The notes beneath the pieces are model-generated. The model was given only the letters and a program-made list of their open reading frames with translations. It made no database searches and was not told the DNA's origin. From contig NW_024704743.1 in the NCBI RefSeq assembly GCF_018977255.1, positions 101,000,001 through 101,064,000 of the forward strand: a stretch of DNA of 64,000 nt. The letters are read 5' to 3'. This document shows, one piece after another, positions 12,409-25,849 of this stretch (the first letter of the stretch is position 1; every line of letters begins with the position of its first letter). Made by a program: the position numbers and the translations under genes. This DNA comes from Callorhinchus milii (Eukaryota).

Positions 12409-14557
12409 AAAGAGACAGTTGAGTGACAGGCTCTAGATTAGTATTGAAATGGTCCCCCATTTGAATGCCTAAAATCTTTCAAGAGGCTATTTCTGAGGGG
12501 AGACAGAATTATTTGGCACCTGTAGCATTTCTTATTGCAACAATGCAGGTCAATATGCTTCTGGTGTAGGGACCTTTCTTATTACAGCACATGGGGAAAA
12601 GATTCACATGGATAGCATTTAGAATCTACTTTTCTCCAAATAGTGACATTCTCATACAATCCAATGCTCACTTTCTGAAATGAAAGACTTAGCCAAATTG
12701 TTTAGCCCATTGCAAAAGTCATTTCCTGGTACCATTCGTCTTTGGATTGCACTGTCAGCCCTGATATTCCTGCACTTTGTGCACTGAATTGTCATAGAAT
12801 TGCTGTGGTATGTTGTGAGCAGCACCGAATCAAGAATGTCGTGGGTTCACCCCTACAACTCATCACACAGTGAGTTCCTGATCTTGGACACACCATCAAT
12901 GAGAGGTATTGAGTTTACCTTAGACATAATGATGCTCTTTGCCTGAAGTATCTCTTCAGAAGAGTGAAGTCCGAGTCTCCATGGACTCTTCCTCTTTAAC
13001 TCCAAGTCAGCAGATTAAAAGCAACATTGACTGAATTCTGTCAGCAGATTGAATCCAGCATCTTGGCTTGGAGGTGTCCAAAGGGATATTTAAGAGCGAA
13101 AATAATTGCAAGTGACAACAACAGCAAAATTAGATTCGTACAACACCTTTCACGTCAGGAGGACTTCCCATGACCTTGATCTTATAGAATTCATCCGAGT
13201 CCCCTCAATGAATGATAGCATTTCATTGATGTCGCGGTCTACACTATTTAAAACAGAGAACTAACACGGTGTGATTTCCTGGCAGTGAAGAATTCATTAC
13301 CACATCATGGTTGTTGATTCTTCCAAGTAATTGTCACTTAACATCAATGACACAGAATCACCTTATACTCAGCAAATAAAAATAGTGATCTTTGTTGAAT
13401 TTTTTTTCTCTTATAAAGTCATAATGAGAAGATTGCTGCATTTACCTTTAATGCGCTCCAGGACACTACCTCGCGTGAAGGGCGCTATATAAATGCAAAT
13501 TGTTATGTTTATCGTCAGCATACCATTGTTCCCGCACAGTGTGCCTGTCATTTTACTTCTACCTCTATACATTGCTGGGAGCAATTGGCTGCTGTGTTTC
13601 GCCCACAAAATACAGAGTGAATCGATTTTACAGTATATTTTGTGAAATGCTTTGAGACATCTCGAAGACGTGATAAGGCGCTATATCAAATGCAAGGATT
13701 ATTCTTGTTACCTCGGCTGCAACTGTCAGCAGGAGAAAACTGACAGATCAAAACTAAATAATGCAGCTAATAGAATCAACGTGTAGTATAAACAATACTC
13801 TATATTCTGTAGTGGTTCACCTGAAATTTTATTCATCCGTTGTTAAGTTACATAATCAATCAAATAAGTAATTACCTTTGTACACATTTTTTGCATATAG
13901 TTAGCACCGCAAATGTGACCAAATGATCTCTGATGTAAATGGATACATCAAACAATTCAGTGGGTTTGGCTATTTTTCTTTCTGTTTCCCTTTCTGTCTG
14001 GGGTTCTCCCTGAGCTTGTTAGGCTGAAAATGAAGCAGTTAGAATGCTCTCCCTGCTGGAAAGAATGTCAGGAAGATTCAATAGCAAATAGCTCTGACTA
14101 TGTACAATTTACAGAGGATGTAAACAAGCTTTGTATGATGGGACTATTCTGTAAGCTTCTGACTCTGCTGAATTTGAGGCAGTTGTGATGTTTCTGTTAT
14201 TCATTGCCTTCAGACCATGTTTCTACAGATCCTTCTATTGAAAATAATTAGTAGCTAAACTCCTCAAACTCAAGCACGATTGAGCTGTACACAGGAGACA
14301 GAATTTGACCTGGAGTAAGGTTTGAGTGTGTATGTGCTTGAAGACTGGATGATTACAAATTGAAGATCCACTTCATAAGATAAATACTGGACGAAGGACT
14401 CTTTTCTCATTAATAGCAGTGACAGTTCATTGTTTGTATATAAGCTTTTGTCCTTGTAACACATTAACAATAGTTACTATTTTTACTATAATGGGCACTG
14501 CTAGGTTTATATTACTGGAGAACCCAGGAGCTATAAGTCTACCTTATACACTACCGT

Positions 14558-14877
14558 GGAACCCTGGAGCTCAGTGGTTAGAGCACTCGCTTTGCAAGCG
14601 AGATACCTGAGTTCAATTCCAGGCAGGGCGAAACCTTGGGCAAGTTTCCTTACTCCGCACGCCTAATAATAATCCCTTCAAAAAACAAAACAATAATAAA
14701 TTGGTCATTTTCAATCCACGACTGTTTGTGGGACATTGCTGTGCGCAATTGGCTGCCGCGTTTCGCCCACAAATATATAGTCAATTCACTTTACAGTATA
14801 TTCTGTGAAGCGCTTTGAGACGTCCAGAAGACGTGAAAAGCGCTATATCAAATGCAAGGATTATTATTATTATTATT
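14558..14877 (+). mobile_element. Young tRNA-derived SINE, short form
   Basis: Full-length match to 44327-44652. Confidence 0.92.
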
Positions 14878-15819
14878 CCCTCCAAAACTCTGAAAACATC
14901 ATTTTAATATGAATAATCCATGCATTTGATCTTGCACATTATTAATGGTCGAAACATCTCCAAGTGCTACAAAAGATTTCCTGTAAAGTGCAGTGACTGC
15001 ATTTGTAGGCAAACATGGCAACAAATTTGAGCACAACAACGCCCCACAAACAGTCACAAAGTAAATAACCTTTTTGTTTCTCCAGGGGATTGTTGGCTGG
15101 AACACTAAGAGAAACTCCATTGTGCCATGGGATCTTTTGGACAGGCTGGCAGAACCTTGGTTAAACGTCTCTTCTGAAGGACGGTAACAGTGTTGATGAC
15201 AACATATATTAATGTCCTGCTAATTTAAATAAGTAAACTTGGTAAAATAGAATACAGTTATCAGTTGTTGTCTCCAGTTGAATTAAAAGGTTGAGTTGAT
15301 ATGCCAGCTTGCTCTGGTCCTCAGATATTCTCTTGCCAAATCTCCTGCTTTGCTTCATTTCTCCTGGCCTTCACAATTCTCTTGAAATCATATCTCTTCC
15401 ATTATGCTTTGGTCAAAATCCTTAAATCAACCTTTTTTTTTGCTGCTCGTTGTGCTCCATTACGGCTGTCTAACACCTTGAGACGTCCATTCTATATGAA
15501 AGATGCTCATGAGATTGTTCTCCTTACCATGCTATTCAACAAACTAAGTCAGCAAGTACACCATCTACTGTGGGATTGAACCCTGTAGACTAGAAAAGAG
15601 ATATCTTCTATTCTTGGTGTATGCTGCATAACTGTTTCAGCTTGGGGTCAGTAGGGATGATACACTTCAAGAGCTCAGCTAGATATGGGATATATTGAGA
15701 CATTATTCTATATACAAAAAAGTGTACAAGTCTCTTCATGCCCTGGCACCTCCCAACCTCACATCCCACTCCACTACCCGCTGCCTGCACTCAGCTGACT
15801 CCAGCCTCCTGAGCATCCC

Positions 15820-16055
15820 GTCTCTTCTGCTTCACCATCCATCGGTGGCCGTGCTTTCAGCCACAATGCCCTGAAACTATGAAACTCTCTGCCTCAATCC
15901 CTTTGCCTTGCCATCTCATTACCCATCTTCAGATCACTTCCTCTTTGACCATGCCTAGTCACCTCCTTGGCTCAGTGTCAAGCTCCATCACTGTGAACCG
16001 CACCAAAACATTATCTCACGTGAAAGATGCTATATAAATGCAAGTTGTTATTGTT
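15820..16055 (+). mobile_element. Old L2 3' end
   Basis: ccatcggtggccgtgctttcagcc block and gtgaaagatgctatataaatgcaagttgtt tail. Confidence 0.7.
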
Positions 16056-19000
16056 GCTATTATAAGTACTAGTTGGTGTTGGTTCATGCTTGTAATCACT
16101 GCCCAATGATCCCTTCTACAAAGGTCTGCAATGACTCCTTCTGGAAAATGCTTCCATGGTCGAATAATCTACTCATACTCATCTGGATAACCTTAGATGG
16201 GAAGAATGGATCTTTTGACAAGGTATTGGAGGGCTGTTCATGTCAGCAGCTTCTGATAAGGAAAGGAAGTAGAGAAGAACACCTTTTGGGATGGTTCATT
16301 TCAAAACTCATGCAGAACTCTTGTGAACAACAAAGTGATTTGTACTGGAGCATGGTCACCAAGCCCACCTGAGAAGGTGGTTTCACCAAGAGAATAATTT
16401 ATTCACACTGTTGTAACAAATGCTTTTGGTGCGAATTGGTACCATCTCTGTTCAAAAATGCCCCTTAAAAGATTTTGGGTCATCCAGTGGACCACCCAAG
16501 AACATTAATATGATCATTTTACTACTGTACTATTAAAGAGCTATTGATGCAACTGGCTCTGTAATAACATTTAAAAGATACTAATGGTTGATTGAGCTCT
16601 GAGTGCTCCCCAGCCGTAGCTAATGGTTGAGAGCAAATATAAATCTAGTTCTCTGCCGTGAATTCTGGAAATGATGCTGTCTCACTTCTAGCACTATAAA
16701 CCAGGCATAAGATTGTCTGTCTGGCTCCCATAAAGCTTTGTCTTTCAATAGGAGGTTTTGGTTTTGCATTGGATACAGTGCAGTGGTGGTTATTTTACCT
16801 CTAGGAAACTCCATCATCCTGGTGACTGTCTATTGCACTCTTTGTGAGTTTGAGCACATCAGCCTAAATATAATTTATGACTGAAAGACTATTTTCTTCC
16901 CCTCCTTGTGTCCTTGCGTTTCCACCAGTTTTGCTTTCTGTTATTAGTTATCCATTGTTTTATCCTTTCATGCATCAACTCTTGGAGGACTGTGGAAACA
17001 TTTCAGCAACAAAATTAAAATCCACTTGAAAATAAATACCTCTCTTCCTTTCGTTTCCTCTCAGTCTAATATTGTGTAATAGAAATGTATCTTATTTCAC
17101 TTGTAAAGAAAGATTGTGCCACAGCAGGAACTATGAATAGGTGCAAATTAAGCACTCAGAGAATAAAGTAATTGTAATGAATATCATTAAGTTAGTGAGG
17201 TGGGAGGGTGCTTCCTATTGGTAGGTTTCCTGAAAGGATTTATATCTACATGATATCTTCCAATCCAACTGAGGGTACCATGACTCAAACCATAAATCAG
17301 AATGATGAAACATTCTATATTTCAGAATGACGAAACAGCATTTTCCTTGTTCCTTGTTCCCAAATCATGTACAACCTCAGGCTGAGAGACTCCTGTCAAT
17401 ACTGTCATCTTTCCCCCTCCCCCACATACCTCATTCCAGTTGCTAAAGGGTGTGTTTGAGAGGCCCAACGGGAGGATAACTAAAACATGTTTAATCATGG
17501 TTTCCAGCAGATGACAACATCAAAGGCCATCCCACACTTTTGGAGATCCCAATTAGACATTTTTGGCAAACATTGCAAATTAGACCCCATTGCGGGCTTG
17601 TAAAAACCACATCTGGTTCATTGCACAGTCAGAAGTCCTCCCCATTAAACAACAGCAGGGAAGAGATATCTGAGCACCCTCTGGAATCTGGCTTTGACAC
17701 TAGTTCAAACAGATGGAATGAAAGTCTCCTCCATTGGCAAGCTGTAAACGTCATATGTGACATAGTTTCTGGGCATGAGCTCACAGCACAGAATATCCAT
17801 ATATACAGTGCAAATCATCACTATATAGTCATCACTGAGAAGTCATAAGATAATGGTTGGTGTGAAAGGAAGACTTCACACATGTGCAAACAGTGTGCTG
17901 AAATCTGCGGGGAGGATTCACACTTGCGGATCAGTTGATACCTTTAATTATCGACAAACCAAGTTGGCTGCATTTTTCAACAATGTGCTAATTACCCGGT
18001 GTTAATTAACACATCGCAGGTCACAATTTTCAACCCGAAAGAACTTCTGCCGAACACTTCAGAATATTTGCACATTGAAGAAGTCACACTTGGGAATTTG
18101 GGGTTCTGTGACATTTTCAGTCAGTGAGCATCTGCCACATTCCAACTCAATTTCTGGTGCCCTGTAAAGGGGTAGCACTGTGAAATCTTTAAACACAACA
18201 CAATTTGTTGCCATCAAAATCTTTTACAGCTTAAAAATTCAACCGACTTGAACATCTCTATTTATAAAGCATAAACAATTAAGATTTTTTTCCCCGCTTC
18301 TATAAATTATTCATTTCGCCCCTGAAAATCACAAAGCATTAGAGGTTCATTTTTTCTACTGATGTTGGAATGACAGAAGAATGATTCAGAATTGTCAAAT
18401 AACAAATACTGCAGCTTTCTACAGTCAAAGTCAATAGATTCAAATATCAAACAGAGGTTAGTCTCAGGATTGGCACACTCATTTAAAGCCCTCCAAAGCT
18501 GTTCCCTTTGGAATTACAAGTTCTGAATTTTTATAGCTTTCCCTTTTAGAATAAAACCCAGAATATATTTTTTTAACTTTTTTTTCCAATTGTGCTGATT
18601 AAGTGTTGCAATGTGGAATAAAAGGGCTTTTCTATTTTAAAGGCTGTTGAATATAAATCAGTACATTATCTATGAGGACTGTACATCCCGAGATAAGAAT
18701 GTGCTCACTTAATGCAGTCTGCTGCATCGCCTGGAAATATTGCTCCAAGTGTACTGCAACATGCAGATTAGCTCAGTTCAGTGAATTCTCCTTACAGAAC
18801 TTGCTGTTATTGCATGTCCCAGTTTCCAATTGACATTTCATTTTATTTTACTTCGGTGAACTTGTCCTTTTCCTTTTCTTGATAAGCCCAGCTTGTGACA
18901 TAGTCGAAACAAACATTCTATGAAGAAGACTTCAAAACCTCACACGCATAGATGTTGTTTTATGCTGTAGAAAGTAATTTCATGATTTGTATTTGTAAAA

Positions 19001-20849
19001 GCTCAAAGCACTTCACAAGATTTTACTGTAAAATGGCAATGACTGTGTACTTTGAGGGTAACGCTACAGCCAATTTCTGCACAGCAGTGTCTCACAAACA
19101 CTTATGAATTAAATTATCTATTTTATTTGTGGCATTGTTGGCCAGGAAACCAGGAGAAATGTCATTCTCTTTTTTAATAGATTTTTAGCCTTGATCTAAT
19201 TTCCCATCTAAAGGACAGAACCTCTAACAATGCAACACTCTCAACACTGCACTGGAGTGGCAGCCCAGACTATGAGCTTGAACTCACAATCTTCTGACTC
19301 AGAGGTGAGACCGTCAAGCTCCACTTTTCAAACTCAAAATACCTTCTTGATCCCACCCCACCCACTCCAACCTTACCTCCAATTCCAAACGTGAGGAAGT
19401 TATTTTAGGTGTTAGGATGTCTGTCACCCAATGCATCAACTTTAAAGTCCTCATCCTGACACAGAAATCCCTGTGCGCCTAGGAACTCCATATCTTCCTC
19501 CTACTCCACTCTTCTGTTTTCCCTCGTGCTTGGCTAACTCAGGCCTGCTGCTTAACCTCTACGCTTTCCGCATGACCAATTGTGGCTACGGTTTCTGTTA
19601 CTATGTCTCTAACCTCTGGGACACGTGTTTACGATCAGCTCCTCCCTCCCCTCGGCTCGGAGTCAGGCTACGGCACTGTAAAGCGCACTGAGACACTCCC
19701 CTGCGTGGAGGGTGCTATATAAGTGCAAGTTATTGATGTTGTTCACACCCTCCCTTTTGCCTTGCCCCCTTCCTATCTCTTCAATCCCTCCCTTAAATCT
19801 ACCTCTTCGATCATAGAGGTTAACCTCCCTCACCCCTTTCCCTTGCTCAGCATTCAATCCCATAATCGTGAAGTGCTGAAATATGTTATCATAATTGAAG
19901 AGTGCTATTTAAATGTAAGTTATCACTACCAACAGAGCTAGGCTGACATTTGGCTGAATTAAGGGCCAGGTAAAGTAATGTGACTGCAGTAATGCAGACA
20001 TAGGGCATGTCTGAGACGAGCTCTAAATGTGCACACCAAAGTGTGTGCACATAAGTCTGCTAACTGCTAGCGAACCTCAGACAAAAAGAGCCATGGAGGT
20101 GAAACCAGCTGTTAGTAACATTGAAAATCAGAAGAGCAATCCAATTAATTCTTAAGTCCAAAAAACACTTTATGAAGTATCGTGAGAAGCGAGAAATGGA
20201 AGTGTAATCCTAAAATTTGACTTATGCTCGACCTTTAGGGTTGAATCAATGCAAAATTGCATTGAATTTAAGCTAATATGTAGTTTAAATGGATCATTAA
20301 TTCGGAAATATGTCACACTATTCATAATGTACAATACATAACACCATCCTGACATTTGGATTTCCAGATTGGCCTAGAAAATATAAGTTTGCATCACAAG
20401 CAAATGTATGTGATCAAATAAAATCATATCTCCTTTCCTAACTCCCATCAATATGAGGAGCACAAAAGTATGGAATGTCTGCCTTCCTCTTTTCTTCCTC
20501 CTATTATCTTCTAGCTTGCAAAATTTAGGTTTTAGTATTTTAGGAACATGGAAACAGGAGCAGACCACTCAGCCCGTCTTATCTGTCTCATTCGTTTGTT
20601 TGATTATGGCAGATCCAAGTTAATCCCATTCCCTAACTTTTTCCCATATCCGTTAATTCGCAAACTTCCCCAAATATCTATCTGCTTTTTAAACATCCCA
20701 ATTGAGTCTCCTTCTACAGCCTTTGTAGCAGTGCAATCTACGTTTTCACACTCTGTGTGAATCTTTTAAATATTTATCCTTGAACTTTGGAAAGCTTTGA
20801 ACTTGTATACTGTTGGTATACAATGGAAAGTAAACCACAGCACAAAGTT

Positions 20850-23800
20850 TCAGCTTGACAAATCTTTATTCCAATTGAAAAATTTTCCAAGCTCACTTTT
20901 GAGAAACATCACAGTTAAAAAAGTATCCAACTGAAGGTAAAATACAGCATGCCAGGACAGAAGGAATTATTTTTAAACAATCCCTGCAAAACAGTTAACA
21001 TTTTTATCGAAAGAATTTTGACATTCAAATATGTAAATAACAAACACAGTAACAAATATAACAAACTTTTTGTGAACTGAGGCATTTTAGACTTAGTGGT
21101 ACAGTGTAATAAACTTTATGGCTGTGTTCACTGAATGGGAAATATGTAGTTTGTTAGTACTGTAATTTTTGCTCAGTCACAGTATAAAAAGCATTCAGTG
21201 CCATTTTATCTTCTCTTCCTAACCATGTAAAGTCAAGCATTTGAGGTGTTCTTGTTGAAGCCTTCATTGTCAGCACCAATACTGAAGGGTGATTCTATAA
21301 TCGCTGGTGATGATGTTAAAGTAGAAGTATCTTCAAGTTATCACACCGCTCACTGCACATAATATAAAATTTATAAAAGATGTGCTCTGTCACCATATAT
21401 TAAAAAAAAACTGCCAGCATGTAAACATGGGGGTTGCCTGACTGGCTATTTTGATGGATGGATAATCAATGATATTTGCTGATTGAAGAATAGCCAGACC
21501 TGCATTTTCTTTCCTGCCATACATCCATCTTGTGAAAAACATAGAAATAGTGCCAGTTGTGTAATTCTAAGCTAGCTCTGACTTTTCTTCCGAGAAACAA
21601 TGTTTAAATTGCAGCATTTCGGAATTCCTGAACTGGAGATTCCTTCTGGGAATCAGAAGTACATCACACCAATTTGCAGGAATTCTGCTCTAATGCAAGC
21701 AGAGTTCCTGGGGGTCAAAGGGAACATTCTAACAAATTCCTTCTTAAGGAATCCTGTTAAGAACTACTGCAATTTAGACCTAAGTATCGTTATGATTTGA
21801 TTGTTCCTGACAATTTGTCATTTAGTTAAACACTTCCTGACATAGTCAAATATTTTGTTTCAAATTTCACCATATTTCTGTTGCCGAATTAGACAGCAAA
21901 TGCCAAGGCACAAATTCTGAATGAGCAGAACAACTTTCCTTTGTTAAGGAAGAAGGGAAGCTAATTACAAATATCTTTTTAGAATTCAATCTATTTATGA
22001 TTTCTCTTTTACAATAAACACCTTAAAACTAATTTCCACAAAAATAGATACTTAATATCACTGTTTAATATGGTCTATTCCTTTTAGTGACTTTCATAGG
22101 CTGTATTTTGAAATAATACAAAATCAAACCTATGTATTAAGCCTCTTTGCATACCTCATCTCTCGTAATGTTCTACATACATTCTGCTAATTACACAATG
22201 TTAACACAATTGGCTGGGGACTGCATTACAAACTGTTAACAAACACAATTTGAAGGTAACTGAAGGAGAGGTTGTGTAGAGTTGATTCCGGATATAAAAA
22301 AACCCACCAAAACTAGACTTTCAATTGCACTGTAGCATTTTCTCTGTAAGACACTTCCTTAAAAAAAGTTCTATCTTTGTAACATACATTGCAGTGTACA
22401 ATTAACAATTAGGTTTAAGAATAAACATGCCTTTCCCCATTATAGATATTGTATATATTATTTATAGAATGCATATTAAAACACTATATGTCAGAGAAAG
22501 CACATTTTCAAAGGCAAAGGATCACATTTTGGAATGATTGAACTGTGCAAACATGAATAAGAAACTCATTCACAACTGTAATGCACTACTAACTACACTG
22601 GAAACAATACAGTACAAAATATGCACACATTATAAAGCAACCACTTTACACAAGCATGTAACATACCACCATGTCTATTGCTTCTAAAGACAATTACCTA
22701 AAAAAATCACTACTTTATTATTTAGCTCAGAGCAATGTAAGGAGTACTTCTATCGTAGAGCAATAGTGCACTTTATCCATTTAGGATTAATTTTTCAATA
22801 CAGTAGAAACTCTTAATAGGTCATGGAAATTGTGATAGAGGTCTATGAAACACTAGAGAACAGTACAGCTTCATTTGTACTCTTTAACTTGAACACAGGA
22901 TGGTTTCAACTCATTCATCTTTCTGCAATATTTCTTTCTTCCGTGATTCTGAATTACAGAAAAATAAAGGACGCACTGCAAACTCATTGGATATGTGCAA
23001 ATTGTCTATATAAGTGCAAGTTGTTGTTGTTTGTTGTTGTTATATGGCATTGATGTGAAATAATACAATTGACAAGTTGACTCAGACTTTAACCTGTCAG
23101 GCCTGCTTATGTCCAAAAAGGGGCATTATCCTGTCAGGTTATGTCCTGGTAATTTTTTTTTGGTACAAAGTTAAAAGTTCTTTTATTTAATTAAGCTTAT
23201 AAAATCATGTTTTCTTCTTCTATGGAAGCGTCTGTGGGCAGTACGCATTGGACCAAATAAAAGAACTGCAACATTTTGGTGATGTGTCTTACCCATCATT
23301 CTGTGTGCAGGACAGGCAATATCGTGGCAGTGGAGGGAGAAAGTGTATGATGGGTTGGACTGAATACAGGTACATTTATGCCAGGTCATTTCAATTTGTT
23401 TTCTAGTCACACGTCTTCATATGTGGTTAGAATAGCTCATGCCACCTCCCCTCCCCCCAATATCCAATGAGTCTAGAGACAATGGTACAAACTGTGTGAA
23501 TCAAACCAACTAAATTTACAATTGTATTTTCACTACCTAAATAATTAAGCAAATACAGAACAATATGCTTTGTTATGGTTGTGCTCAACAGCCTACATTA
23601 ACAGAGTTGTATTTCAATACTACATCTTAATGTGATTACTGTGGCTTTACATTAATGTGCTTTGATTATGGATTGTCGTCAGGTATGCTCTAACATTTGA
23701 GTAACATCCAGATTAACTCTTCACGCCTTTAAAGTGTATACACCCATTTTTCCGACTTAGAACAAACAACACATTCTCTCATTGACAGTCATGTAGTCTT

Positions 23801-24515
23801 AACAAACTTCAGTAGTTATTCTTAAAAACAATTTGCAGTATGGCAAAACTTGTAATTTGATCTTAATTACATGACAAACTTATTAGATTGATACTACATT
23901 AGTGCAACTTCAAAACGTATTTTCGTGTTATATAACTTCACACGTTAATGACTTCAAACCCTTTAACATATTTTAATAACAAGCACTTATAACTTAAAAT
24001 ATTTTTAAAACCATTAATATCTCAGCACGTATAGAAACCTTGCTTCAAAAGCATTTATGAAATATACCCTGTTAATATTACTGATAAATGTATTCTCTTT
24101 GTGACTGATGATGATTACCTCTCTTTGTAACTGACAGAGATGAATAGCATTTTATTTTTAACCTACAATTTCCAACCCTTGATGTCAATCCTCCCCACCC
24201 CCACTGGCACATGCCTCTCTGCTCTTGGTTGGCCTCTTCTTGCTGGGGTGCAATTCCAATAGCCATGACTCATGAGTGAGGCTTGACAATGAGTGTCGGC
24301 AGGACACTCGACTGTAGATGGCATCACAGTCGAACTTGACCTCTCCACACTTGGTTGCCACACGCATGTACTACCTGTAGAGGGACCAAGAGCAGGAACC
24401 CAGGTTGGTTTTCCCCCTTCCTTAACCCTGGGAAGGCTGGGGCCAATTTAGCCTCCCCATGCAGCCCTGGCTGAGAACCAGCAAACTCCTGGTCCGTAAA
24501 CTGCAGCTTTATCTA
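20850..24515 (-). other. Probable long 3' UTR of the L3MBTL gene
   Basis: AT-rich stretch lacking the young SINE/LINE copies common elsewhere, running from the stop codon to an AATAAA with a downstream GU/U-rich element. More proximal AATAAA hexamers exist (e.g. ~24152). Confidence 0.5.
20865..20870 (-). terminator. Candidate polyadenylation signal AATAAA
   Basis: Plus-strand tttatt. On the minus strand it is followed ~15-40 nt later by ctttgtgctgtggtttactttcc (GU/U-rich element). Confidence 0.5.
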
Positions 24516-24535
24516 CTATACCGTCGGGGTTACCC
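24180..24535 (-). mobile_element. Ancient SINE-like repeat overlapping the L3MBTL stop codon/proximal 3' UTR (related copies ~5690-5960 +, 33232-33460 +)
   Basis: Collinear shared blocks: tctcagccagg; gggt(t)a(a)gg.agggg; ctgggttcctg.tc.tg; ctgtgatg.c...tcga.tg...tgcc.aca.tca. The 33232 copy carries a B-box-like ggtttgaatcc. Confidence 0.7.
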
Positions 24536-24659
24536 CTTCTTCTGCATTTTTAAACATTAAGATGGAGTTGTAGATCTTAAGTGCTGGGCCGAGTTTGATG
24601 CTCATTATCTTAACTATGTCTGTTTGCGTCAGCAATAGAAATGCTTCTCCATCAATTTG
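24516..24659 (-). CDS. L3MBTL4: L3MBTL-family gene, terminal coding exon: QIDGEAFLLLTQTDIVKIMSIKLGPALKIYNSILMFKNAEEGVTPTV*
   Basis: gttttatttttcag acceptor; hallmark SPM/SAM motif IDGEAFLLL...IKLGPALKIYN; TAG at 24518-24516. Missed by the ORF track. Confidence 0.93.
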   Translation of the reverse strand, partial: QIDGEAFLLLTQTDIVKIMSIKLGPALKIYNSILMFKNAEEGVTPTV

Positions 24660-25421
24660 CTGAAAAATAAAACATCAGTGGTCAATAGTTTTATAATGTC
24701 ACAATGTAACAATTAATTTGAAATAATTTTGAGTGCAATTTCATTAACATATATTCTACAGGAAACAATTATAAATATTTTGATGTGCTCAATTATTAAT
24801 AATGAATATATTTCTAGTGGATTTTGTAACTTTTCTTCAGTGTATATTCAGTATCATGGGAGAAAAAACGTGGTCAAAATATTGACCAGAAATGTGGTCA
24901 AAACAGTCAATTGTTACCCTTTCCCAGAGAGGGGGAGGAGAGGAAAGGAAATTCATCCTCAATAATTATTGACTACTTTAGAGCATGTTTGAGTCAATTT
25001 GATGTATCACCATAATATCACATGCCACATTTGCCCACTGACATTTGTTAGTCCTCACTGGCTCTTACGCTTCAAAATTGCTGACTCCTGGATCATCAGG
25101 CCACTGATGTCTTCTTACATGTTGCTGTAGGAAGTGGTGTCGCTGAGGACCCAATGACTCAACATTGCACTTTTTTATAACATTTGAGGGAAGCCAAAAT
25201 GGCCAACCTTCAGATCATCAAGTCTACTTTACTTTCTTCAGCAGCACACAGGAAATGACATCTGTGACAACCTTATGGAAATTGCCTATTTTAAGCACAG
25301 GAGCTGGCTGGCACATGGAGGTGAGCCAGCTGGCCAGATGCATGAGTAATGGGGTCCATACAACGAGTACTTTGAAGAGTAAACTCTAAAAGGTGGGAGG
25401 CTTTATTACTAAATTTCTTAC

Positions 25422-25484
25422 CTCTTCTTTGAAGATCTTTGCTTGTTGATCACAACCTGGGAGTGTCTGTACAAAGTTTGCAAC
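25422..25484 (-). CDS. L3MBTL4: L3MBTL-family gene, penultimate coding exon (63 nt): VANFVQTLPGCDQQAKIFKEE (SAM domain N-part)
   Basis: ttttcag acceptor and GAG|gtaag donor, phase 0-0. Joins in frame to WSTDE upstream and QIDGEAFLLL downstream. Missed by the ORF track. Confidence 0.92.
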
Positions 25485-25604
25485 CTGAAAATACAGTATG
25501 AAAATTAAACATCCATTTGGAGGCCAACTGACTGCAACACTCGGAAATTAATATCTTAGTGCGAAATGTGGGTTGAAAAATATGAATGTTTCATAACAGA
25601 TTTA

Positions 25605-25817
25605 TAGAGTCATAGAATATTACAGCACAGAAGAAGGCCATTTGGCCCATCGTGCCTGTGCTGGCTCTTTGGAAGAGTTACCCAATCAGTTCCACTCCCC
25701 CATTCTTTCCCTATATCCTTACACATTTTTCTTCTTCAAATACCTATCCAATTCCCCTTTGAAAGTTGTTATTGAATCTGTTTCCACCACCCTTTCAGGC
25801 AATGATTTCCAGACCGT

Positions 25818-25849
<32 letters not shown>

